Below, piece after piece: positions 42,401-54,400 of a DNA stretch of 64,000 nt. The notes below the pieces were generated by a model. That model saw nothing but the letters and a program-made list of their open reading frames with translations. It was not told the origin of the DNA and ran no database searches. The position numbers and the translations under genes were made by a program. This DNA comes from Perna viridis (Eukaryota). Location of the stretch: the NCBI GenBank assembly GCA_037379345.1, contig CM074523.1, positions 30,953,678 to 31,017,677 on the forward strand, read 5' to 3'. Numbering within the stretch: the first letter of the stretch is position 1; every line of letters starts with the position of its first letter.

Positions 42401-45400
42401 TGGCTGTTTCTGTTTTGAAACTGGTTTCCTTTCCACTGAAACTGATGTTTCATAAATCTGATCTGGTTGTTTAGGGACATGTCTGCCCTCAGTTGTATAT
42501 TCTGTAGTAGTTCTTTCTTCATATTCAGTTTCCCTGACCCATGGAGGTAATCCTTCATCTGGCTGTTTCTTCAGGTCTGAGGGTTTCACACTAATTGTCA
42601 TAGAGGTCTCATGTGTTTCATCTACAGGTCTTTCTGGTGTTTTTCTTTCTTCAGTCACTGTAGTTGTCTGTGTGACCTCAGTGTCCTTGACCCATGGTGG
42701 GAATGTCACTTTTGGTTTCTTATCTTTAGGTGGTTGCTTAGAGACAGGTTGCTTATATACAGCAAATTTGTCCATTGGCTTTTCTGGTGTTTTCCTTTCT
42801 TCAGTCACTGTAGTCCTTTGTGCAACCTCAGCGTCCTTGACCCAAGGTGGGAAGGTCACTTTTGGCTCTTTTGTATCCTTTGTAGGTTGTTTAGCAACAG
42901 AAACAGATTTTTTATACATTATATCATAAGGTCCTTTCAAATCCTTTGTTATTGATGTTGTTTGTTTTTCAGTTGTGTCCTTGACCCAGGGAAGGGATTC
43001 ATATTCAGGTTTATAGTCTGGTTGACCTTGACCTTGAACAACCATTGTGGTCTCATAGGTCTGATCAACAGGCCTTTCCCCATACTGTTGACCAGTAATG
43101 GTAACAGAATGGGTAACAGTTGTATCCTGAACCCAGCCAGAATAAGCACCCTGAATGGGTTGTCTCCCTTGGTCTTCTGGTGAAATTATTGACACTTCAT
43201 AGGTTTTATCAAAGGGTTTTGGACCTTTCACCTCTTTGGTAATGACAGTTCTATTATCAATTTCTGTGTCCCATGATAAAGGTTTATCCTGTTTAGGTTT
43301 TTGTTTGTTGTCTTCTGGTTTTTTTGTTACAGACACAGAAGTTTGGTAAGTTTTGTCTTCTGTAGTTTCTGGTGGCTTTTGTTCACCAGTGACAGTTACT
43401 GACTGGTCAACTGTTGTTTCCCTAGTAACCAACCAAGGAGGATAACTCTTTTTGCTAAAATTGGAGTATACATGGTGAGCAAATCTATCTACTGGTGAAA
43501 TGTAATGAAATCATTTGCCATTTATTTAGTAGTTAAAGCCATGAAATTAAAATATAGTTTATTTTTTAATAAATAAACATGCTATCTTGACTAAAATAAA
43601 ATCCAGAATATGTTTGTAAAGGGAGGTAATCCTATGGGAGATGATTCCCATTCACTGTTCCTTAATTTCAATTTTGGTAATGGCAAGTAATTTCATTGCT
43701 TTAGGAAGCAAAGGGAAACAAATATCAGATATTAAACAAAATTTTTAAAGGTAAGAAAAACTTATATGATTTCTAACTACGGTAAACAGTGTACATGCCT
43801 TGCAAAATGAAAAATAGATTGACTTAAATTAAACTAAATTGATAGTAACTATTCTAAAAATTATCTCAAAACATGCTTAAGGAGGTAGACCTAAGGTAAG
43901 GGACATAACTCTTGATTTCAGTGATACGTTTGTATCATATTCAATTTCACTTAAGCTTTTCAAGCTTTCCACTGAAACTGAATGAAATCAGTCAGTTACT
44001 TTGATGCTTACATGAGATTAATGTAAAATGCTAATACAAACATTCCAATGATTAGTAAGAGTCATCTCCCTTACCCTAGGTCTATCTCATTAAAATAAAC
44101 AGAAAAAAGACCAAATTATCCTCTATTAACACTGACAATGAAGGTAACAGTTTTCCTAATTGAAAAGAAATATTACAACAAAGGGACATAACCACAACAA
44201 AGGGAAATAACTCAGACCTTGGTACACTCTCCTTGGGTGGAGATGGCTTCTTGGCTTTCTTTTTCTCTCTTGGTGACAGTGGTTTGTTATACCTATTATA
44301 TTAGTTAGAGAAAAGAAGAAAGTAAGATACTAACTACAATATATACACAGAGATTTAATATATCAACTCATCTTATGCCACTACATTCAAACACAGTAAT
44401 GATGATAAAAAATTATGTGTTAAGTCAAAAACTATTTTCTAATTATTAAGTATATATTGAAAAAAGACTTTTCTAACTCTGTTTTTCATGCAAAAAGACT
44501 AATGAGTTCTAACAACATTTTCCTTATTTAAGAATATTTTATGACAATCAAAACAGTGTTCAAACCAATCTAAACTTTAAATGTTTGTATCTAGGGAGAC
44601 AATTCTTTAAAAAAAGGGTAAGACAGGGGAGGTAATTCACCTGAATTGTTCATATTTGGTCTGCAGTGAGATAGGAATCTGTGGTTGATATGGAGGCTTT
44701 AGATCATCATATCTGAAAAGTTTTACAATTCTAAGACTGTTTGTCCTGATAAAATAATTATTGAAACCTATAACACATTTAGGCCTTAAAATCAGAAGTA
44801 ATGACTTTCATACTGCAAAATGGTCTTAGATTTCACTTTAGACCATACTAGAAAGGGTGTAAAAAAATTTATTCTTAAAGCAAGACAGAAAATGACCTGA
44901 TACAGAAAACTAATCCAGACAAATACCCATCATACAGTCTACAAAGAATAATTAAATTAAAACTTATATTCAACAAAACATAAGAATTAACTAGAATATA
45001 TCAGTGAGTTCTATTTCATTTTCTATCCATGCCTTGAAAAAATATTGTGTTTTTTAATCCTATTCATTATCCATGCCAGTCTATGTTTTAGACTATGCCT
45101 ACCTTCCAGCCTCATCATCAGTAGAATGAACAAGCCTTAGTGTGGCCTTCTCGGTGTCAGAGACATAATGTATTTCCTGGACTGGACCAGTTTCCTGGAT
45201 CTCATAATGACTGTAAAGCATTATGGGAAGGTCAACACAAAGTACATTGAGTTATATTTAGTTTAAGGCAGAAATATCTTTTTTTCTAAGACAAGGATTT
45301 TTCTGCATGTAAAAGATTTTAAAGAAAATTCTAAGATATCTCTGCAGATTAAATGAAAAAAAATCACAACTGTCAAAATTTTCATTCATGTATTTTGTCT

Positions 45401-48400
45401 TTATAGAAGTCCAACTTCAAGATTATAGAATAAAAGAACATAACTTCACCAGAGCATTCCAATTAGTAGCACTATTTAGGAACATGCCATTGTAATACTG
45501 TTTAAAGGACTATTACTGTATCACAGAAAATTACAAAAAAATTGTTTCAGGACTAATAATATTCATGCCACTACAACAAATCCATCAAATCATCTCCAAT
45601 CAAAACCTTAAGAAAAAGAATAACAGCAAATGGGACACTCAAAATATTATGTGAAATTATGTTGTGATCTTCCAAGCAAGGTATTAGGAAAACAAAACTA
45701 TGGTAAAAAATATGATGAAAAGCAGCAATCTGCAAATCAAAACAGGATTGAAATCAGAAAATTTATAAAATAAAGAGAGACAACCTCAAAATAAATTTCA
45801 CTGCAACAGGTACCAATTCCAATCAGTTTCACAAAGGTAAGGACCATTCCAAAGTCAGTATCACTGCAATAGGAGTCATTTCAAAACAGTCACTACAACA
45901 GGGATCTTTTCAAGACACATTTCCTCATGGGTATATTTTCAAACAAATTCACTGCAATGGGGACTTTATCAAACAACTCAATTCTGACCTATCAGAGTCA
46001 GTGTGACTGGAAGGCGGCTGTATTCTCACCACTGCCTTAGGTTTGTAAGACACCGGAGGCCCAGTTGTGGGCTTCTTCAAAACTGGTTTAGGTTTAGTTT
46101 CTGGAGGCAAAGAGGCAGCCTTGCTTTGCCTAGTTTCCAAAATAATTTCTTGCCTTTTTGTCACCTTGACAGGTTTAGGGGCAAGTTTAGGCATCTTAGG
46201 GGTCTCCAAAAACAGTTTCTTCTCAGTCTTGTGAGTAATTCTGGAATGTTTCAATATAGTGATAAAAAACAGTGTCAATATGAGGGATTCCAACTACAAC
46301 ATATTGACATCCATTTAAAGCTTTATTATAATGTGTTACTACTTTGTTAATCATTTCCGCTACAACTACATTAGTGAAGAAACCTTTTTTTTCCTCATCA
46401 ATAACAGACATTCTTAGCTTTACAACATAGATAATCAGATTTAAAGGCTATTCAGTTAATGCCATTCAAAGTTATTTTCTTGGATTTAAAGACTATTCAG
46501 TTAAGGCCATTCAAAGTTATTTTCTTGGTTTTAAAAGGACATTTTTCATCTCTTGTCCAATGTTTAATGTCATATCAACAAATAAGAAAACAAAAAAGCA
46601 CCTTATTCATCAAAATGTTTGTAAAAAGCGTCCACAAGATGGGGGTCAGTAAAGGGGTAAAAACAATTTGCCTCAATTGTTTTCATTTAAAAAAGGCTGG
46701 AGAACTAACTTTAATTAGCCTTAGTCAGAGACTTCCATGCAAATTGACTCAATTTCACCCAGTTGCATATTTATCAGTGCTAGAATTTGTGTCTACTTTG
46801 TTCATTCAAAGTGGTTCTAACTTTCTAATTTTAACTTAGAATGGTCTTAGTTAGTGTCAGCCATGCTTAACAAATATATCAATAGAAAGTAGAATATGAA
46901 CCTTTCATCCTCAGGGTAATGTTGACCATCTGGTATAGATCTCTGTAGATCTACAGGCCTATTGTAATACAAACAAGTACATATGATTGGATTGAATTGA
47001 ATAAAATTCAATGTTCTGTTTTTCAAATTAATGAATATTAAGAGCTTATTAATTTATAGCAATTTGAATTGAACTGTTTTCACTTTAAATTTATATTTTA
47101 TTTTTCTCATTAAGAATCCTAGATTTATATTGAAAGTAGTACCAGCTATATTCAAATTGCAATAACCACATAAAATAATCGTTAGCAAGGTGGAGAGACA
47201 GAGCCTATATTAGTATATAGGGATAAACAAAAATTCTGGGTCTCCTCTATTATTCAAAATAATGAATTTTAAAAACTTGGTAGTTTGATAACTGCTAAAA
47301 AATAGGAATTTCTGCAAGCCTGAAAGAGAAAGCCTATGATAATATAATTGAATCAACAACAAAACCCAGAAATTCATATTATTACAAAATGTAACCATTT
47401 CAAGAACCACAACTCTTCTGAAATCCTGGAACTAAAATATGTTGGACTATTAAAAGCTGTACAGTTCAGCTTTTTCCTGAATTGTTAACTTTAAATTAAC
47501 ATCAGAGGTGCAACTATCATCAATTGTTTGTTTTTAAAATATTCATTACAAGGTAGAGCATTACTGATACAAAAATTTAAAAATGTTGCCTCCATATATG
47601 TACACCTGTCTTAAAGATAACAAAGAATCTCTCCACTTTATTTAACCATGCAACAACAATAAGGGTGGGGAATACCATGCAGAATCCCACCTTTGTTTCT
47701 CAAGGTCATCTTCTGACACCAGACGGAGATATCCTGACTCTGTGTCAGAGGCATAGCTGATTTGCTGGACTGGTCCTTCTTGCTCTATCTCATAACTATG
47801 AATAGGTACAATGAATAAATTGTAGGGAACTAAACTAGCAAAAAGCTGTCCTAACATTACTCCCTATACTAGAAAACCATGAATGGGTACTACATGTCAA
47901 ATAGCACCCGGGTTAATTAGGCCAAGGAAAAAAATGTCTGCTTAAGGTTACATTGGATGAAAAATAGGGCAGGTAGGTACGAGTAGGTAAAATCTTTTTA
48001 TTTTTATTATTATTTTCATAGGCACTTATGGGAAGATTTCTTGACTAATTAGAAGTTAACTAAAAAATGATTGTTTACCATCATTTCATAAAAAAATACC
48101 AAGAAAATGTGCTAGGGTAGGCAGGGTAATATTAAACAGACATGGCCTTATCAACAAACACACATAAGAATATTCATCACTATATTATTCAAATATTATG
48201 AAATACTTCAGATAAATATCAAATGTCTACTTTTAAGCTATTTGCCACAATTGCTACCATATTTCAAAATACACTACAGAAAATTTAACATCATCATGCA
48301 TGATATTTTCTTACTCAATTATCAAAACAAAATCTATTGGCAATTTTGCAAAGCATTTATAATGCATTTTGGAAAACAATCACATTATCCAAGCATGCAT

Positions 48401-51400
48401 TATGGGTAATAACCTTGGTGGAGATGGCTGTTTAACTCTTCTCTTGGCTGGTTTCTCTTGAGGAGCAGAAGGCTTCCACTTCTGAACTGGTTTCTTTTCA
48501 GGAATCAGTTGTTCTTCTGAAACTGGTTTTCTTTCTGCTGGTTTCTTAACAGGGGCTGGTTTCTGTGGTGGACCAACCTTTCTAGGTGTGTCAAGCTCAT
48601 CCTCAGATACCAGACGCAGGTACCCAGATTCAGTTTCTGAGGCATAACTAATTTCTTGAACTGGACCAACTGGCTCAATTTCATAACTGAAGTTAAACAT
48701 ATATCCACTCAAGTCTTGTTTTAAAATTGAACTCATCATCTGAGAAAGTTCTTTTGATGAAGAAATCTAGTTATTAAAGCAGACTAACTACATGTGAAAA
48801 AGTAGGTCCCAGAAGTCGCAAATTTTAAGGAGTCCAAAATGTTTGAACCTCCAGATTTGGTTACTATATTAGTCAAAAGGTCTATCAAGGTACTAACTGC
48901 ACCTTCTCCAAATTTCATATCTATTAACAACTCTGAGGATGAAAATATGTAGAAATGGATTCTGTACATTTTTCAGTACATAAAAGGCCTAATGATGCAG
49001 TAACAGCCCTTCTTTTTTCAAATTTTAGATCTATAGCCCTGAGGAAGAAAAATGGATGAAAATAGACGATGTTTTCAGCATGCAGACAAAAATAGATAAT
49101 AACCTAGGAGGACTTCCTGGCTTAACAGGGGCCTTCCTCTTTGATGGCTTCTGTTGAGGCATTTTAGGTGGCATTTTAGGCCCTGGTTTCTGAACAGGTG
49201 GAGCTCTTGATGGTGGAATACCTTCCTCTGGAACCTCAAATGCTCTCCTAGCATCTGAAACTGACTGTGGTAACATTTCCTCCTCAACTTCCATTGGCTG
49301 TTCTTGCTCAGTGGGAGGAGCTTGTGGTCTTGGGACCCAAGTGGGTGGAGCTTGTTCAGGCTGTTGTTTAGCTCCAAGTCTAAAGGGGGATATCAAGGTA
49401 GTTTAATGGCAATTATATTTGTTTACCTTTTCAATCTACATTATTCACATTGGGTAAGTGAGAGACCATTTGAAATGAAAGTAAGAAAATAAAATAAAAA
49501 AAAGCACAAAATCATTTTTCAACTGCAACAGTAATTTAATCTTTTTCTTTCAATTCAATCCATCAATGTTCAAGTAAATACATACATTTATAAATCCTCG
49601 TGCAATCAAAACAGTCAAAATCAAAATGGCATAAAACACAAAAATAAAACAGCAAACTCATTTTAACGTTCATAATTATTCATCCATGTAGATTTAATTA
49701 CCTCCCTTTTTGAAGTACCAGAAGACCATACTAAAACCTTTTGTCAATTTCAAACTTTCATTTAATTATTTCAGAAAAAAATCCTGACAAAATGTACATT
49801 AAATTCTTCCAAAGCTAACCTTCTTCTCTTCGGTATTGGTGAAGATTCAGCCGACAATGTGGCTGGTGTCGGTGGTGGTGGTCTAGGTGGCGCTATCTGC
49901 TCAGAAGGTTTTTTAGATAGAGCAGTTTCCATTGGCTCCTCAACATCGCTTAACATTCTAATAAAATTTGTTGATTTATTGTTCAAATTTCAATTCAACT
50001 AAAATGTAAATACCTAAAATCTTCTGAATTGTAAAGAAAGGACTCTTATTGAAAATGTGTCACTTTAACCTTTAACCTTTAACATTTAAAAATAATTTGA
50101 AAATTAATTTGCTTTTTCCCCATCAGAACAAATCACATATTCTAAAAGTTATAACTTTAATAAAATTTATTCCAATAAAAAATTCAGAAAATAAATCAGT
50201 TTATGATTATCAAACAAAATACTTCTGTTAGGTTCTCTAAGCAACATGACAAAGTGTGAAGGTTCTTTAATCTTATTTTAATGTGAATCTATGCATTCAA
50301 TACTAATGTCCAACTAGCTTTGTTTAATAAGTGGCAAATCCAAATAATAGCCTTAACCCCCCATATTTTCTGGACCCCTACCCTTTTCAAATCTCTGGAT
50401 CCGCCTATGTTTCTACACTAAAGATTATTTCTCTACATGGAGTTAAAACTAAAAGAATCAAAATAGACACCACAAGACAACATGCATTGCAATCCACACA
50501 CACTTTTCATTTTGTTTAAAAGTATTTCAAAATTTCACACTTATTATCAATTTTTTATCACCTGTATACATGGCCCAAAAAAAAACAAAGAATTGGAAGT
50601 AAATCTATAATCCTAATAGTAAATATCAGTAAAAGTTCCACTTTAAAGTAGCAGAAAACCATGAATTGTATTAGATCTTCAAGAATCCCTGCTAAAGATT
50701 TTTTTCACTCCATTTGAAAGTAAAATGTCTTAGTGATCAGAATGTAAAATGTGAATTTATAATCTATCAAAACTTGACAAGTACGAAATGTATAAATGTA
50801 ACTCTTTCAAGAGGAGCTCAACAACTGACAAAACAAACACACTGATCACATGGTAAACAACAACAAAACTTTGGGAAAACTCAGGATCTTTCAGTCTCCC
50901 AAGAGAAACTAAACTAGCTATTCACACAAGTTAAACTAAACAAAACAACCAAAACTCAGATTTGAACATGCAAGTCAAAAACATTGCAGACGACAAATAA
51001 AAATCAACTGGGTTCCAGATCATGCTAAGGAAGAATAGTAACCTCCTAGCCTCATCCTCAGGAACCAGTCTAAGTGTACCACTAGCGCCCTCTGTTGAGT
51101 ATGATATCTGCTGTACAAAGCCCTCTTGTTGGATATTATAGTGTCTAAAGAGAGGAAGAAAGGGAGACAAATAAGAACAGAAATATGGATGACGGCATTT
51201 TTTCAATTATGGTACATAAGTTTTTGTCAATCACAGCCAGCCAGGGTTTGACAGAGAATATCATATATCATGTACAGTGTTGCCTATCTAAAACCCCTTT
51301 TTGACTGAAGTGTTTGTCTGTGCAGGGATTTCAAAAGATGTCTGCTTTAGGCAGAAAACAGTTTATTCAGGGTTCAGTTGAGACAGGTTTCACTGTAAAG

Positions 51401-54400
51401 GTAAGTCAATTGACATCCCACTTGATTACACCATAACTTTAGTTATCATTGTTCAACATTCAAAGTCACTCATCATAAATAAGAAAACTCTACATTAATT
51501 AAAAAGAATAAATTCAGTCTATAGTTTTAAAGTATTCCACTTTTATTTTACAAATGAAGAAAATCTAGGTCACTCCTGCACAATTTTCCTACTGGGAATT
51601 CATTGTGTAGGAAAGGGAAACATGGTATTATGCTCTTACACATAATGACATTTCCACTGGGAAAAATAACCAGATCCACTGGGATCCTCCATCAATAGGA
51701 AAAATGACCAAGCTACTTCAGAGATCAAACAAATATAGACCACCCTCCTTTTCTCCATGATCTCTAAATAAGCCTGGAAAACAATAAAATGTCTAACTTA
51801 CGGTGGTGATTCAGTCCTTGGTGTCGTCTGCTGTGGTTTAGGAGTAGGTCTAAGAACCACAGGTTTAGGAGCTGGCTCTGGAACCTCCTTTACGGGGGAG
51901 ACCTGCTTCTTCTGGATCGTGATCTTCTTCTTTGGTTCTGGTTTCTTGGCCTCAGCTTGAAGAACAAACAATAAACCTCTCAATACATGTATGTTGCACA
52001 ATGTATATTATTTTATTTGGAGTTGATGAGAGTACAAGGTCTACAACCAGTCTTTTAAAAAGTGACCTTTAGAATAAGACTATAGAAATGTGTTACAAAA
52101 GATATATGCCTACAGACTAAAGTAAAACTTAATTCCAATGTTAGAGGGTAAAACTCCCAAAGAATCATTAGCAAAATATCATTATGGAAGATACATGTAC
52201 AAATACTTACGTTTAACAGAGAGTTTGCCTCTGGTAGAAGCTGTGCCAGCAACATTAGCAGCAGAACATTGAAACCATGCAGAGTCAAATGGCTGAACTG
52301 CATCAATGGTCAATGTAGACCTGCCACCCTCTGTCTCAATTCTGTAAGGTTTGTTAGGAACCAACATTTTGCCATCTTTCTGCCAGCTGATCATTGGCTG
52401 TGGTATACCAATCACCTGACATCTCAGAGCAACAGGTTGTCCTTCACGGATGTTGAAGTTCTGGATTCTCTCAACGAATCTTGGTGGTTGCATCTGTTCT
52501 TTCTCTGTTAAAATTGATTAAGATTTTAAAATGCTATGCATTTTACAAGGATAAACAGAAATTAAAAATTCTGTATAGGATGTATTACATTTAGTAAAGT
52601 ACACAAATCTCATGGAAATCCAGCAAGTAATACAGGGCGAGTTTGGGACAAGATAATATCCCCAGGAAATCCAACAAGTAATACAGGGCGAATTTGGGAC
52701 AAGATAATATCCCCAGGAAATCCAGCAAGTAATACAGGGCGAGTTTGGGACAAGATAATATCCCCAGGAAATCCAGCAAGTAATACAGGGCGAGTTTGGG
52801 ACAAGATAATATTCCCAGGAAATCCAACAAGTAATACAGGGCGAGTTTGGGACAAGATAATATCCCCAGGAAACCTTTTTTTTGTTTGTGGGGAAAAAAG
52901 AATAATCTTAGTCATTAGTTTCTGTACCCAGTATTTTAAGTTCCAGAGTGAATGAATTCTCTCCAGCTTTGTTCTTGGCCAGACAGGTGTAGTGTCCAGC
53001 ATCATTTCTGGAGGCAGCCAAAATAATAAGGGAGTTAACTCCATCCTCATTTACCACAATCTGTAAAAGGAAAATATAAATGTCTTTATAAAAATAACAT
53101 GCTTAAACAAAGATCCACACTGCATCATAAATCAATGTTTAACATGTAACTCCATATTTGTTAATGCTTTTAAATTATAAGGAGGCCACTTCAGAAAGAT
53201 ATTTTTCATCACAGATGTTAAAAATTTCCAAAGACAAGTCCATTTTGGGTGAATGATAATAGTAGAACCTAAATACTTTTTTATATTATTATGAACCTAA
53301 ACAGTACACGTTCAGGGGTTGAATGTCAGAAACTAAGAGTATTGCCCTCTGACTTAGGGTCAAACCTTACCTTGTGTTGGTCATCATTATGAACCTGAAC
53401 ATCATCTCTGAACCATGTCAGTTCTGGGACAGGACGTCCAGATACTAGGGTATCAAATCTAACAGTGTTGCCCTCACGGACCTCACGGTCTTCAGGGACT
53501 TTCTTGAACAGTGGTCTAGACAAGGCCTCCATGATTCCACCTTCTTCTTCTGGGGCTTTCTGCTTGTCTGTTTGGTCACTGAAAGAGAGAGACAGACAAT
53601 TTCTCATTAAATTAATAGAGAAAATTAGCTGATATATTAACCATTCAAACATTAAACTATTTACAAGTTTTTTTTTTCAAAGGCTTTTTCATTATACATA
53701 AGAAAAAGTATTTCACATAACTGGAATCCTGTTCTCCTGAAAAAATATTGATTTGATACAGTTGAACTGAGTAATCTCCTTCTTCAACCTTATTTCACTA
53801 GAGAAAGACATACATTTTTTTACTGAACTCATTTTCTTTTCAAAGTCTTCAACATTCCCTTGCTACTTGGAAACAAATTAGAGTTGTGTCCCTTTAAAAA
53901 ATATAGAATTATCAAATATTACACTTACACTCCAAGAATTTTGTCCAATGCTTCCTTTCCAACGAATGAAGTGGAATCAATATTTCCAACACTATCTACA
54001 TAGAGCTCACTAGAGCAAGTGTCTTTTCCAGCAGAATTAACAGCCAGGACGGTATAATGTCCAGCGTCCTCTGGTAGTGCCATCCTAATACGGAGAGTAC
54101 AATAGCCATCTTTGGTGTATTTCATCTCATAACGGCTGGTACGTTTGATCCTTTGGCCATTTCTATACCATGCAACCTTAGGTCGTGGTCTTCCTGTGAT
54201 GCGGCACACAAATGTGGCATCAGATCCTTCCATAAGTCTAAAGTCTTTAAGTGTTTGCACTATTTTTGGTGGTGCAGGAGCACTGGGTTGTAATCTGTCT
54301 GTTGTGACATCAGATTCATACTCAGATGTTTCTGTCTCACTTGAGAACTTGATTCGGCCATCCTTATAGAATTGTTTTTCCATCAGTGACTGCTCAAATC

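Noticed and set aside
37385-49396. Separate nested genes in the 37-49 kb region
   Set aside because: The ORFs are on the host strand, bounded by phase-compatible splice sites and share motifs; cassette exons explain them better
36640-51144. Recursive (ratchet) splice sites at the AG|GT exon ends
   Set aside because: The AG is preceded by coding sequence without a real polypyrimidine tract, and the introns are short
52591-53050. ORFs with FPGDIILSQTRPVLL or LLDFLGILSCPK repeats
   Set aside because: Translations of the 51-bp minisatellite; the true exon (52928-53060) is in another frame
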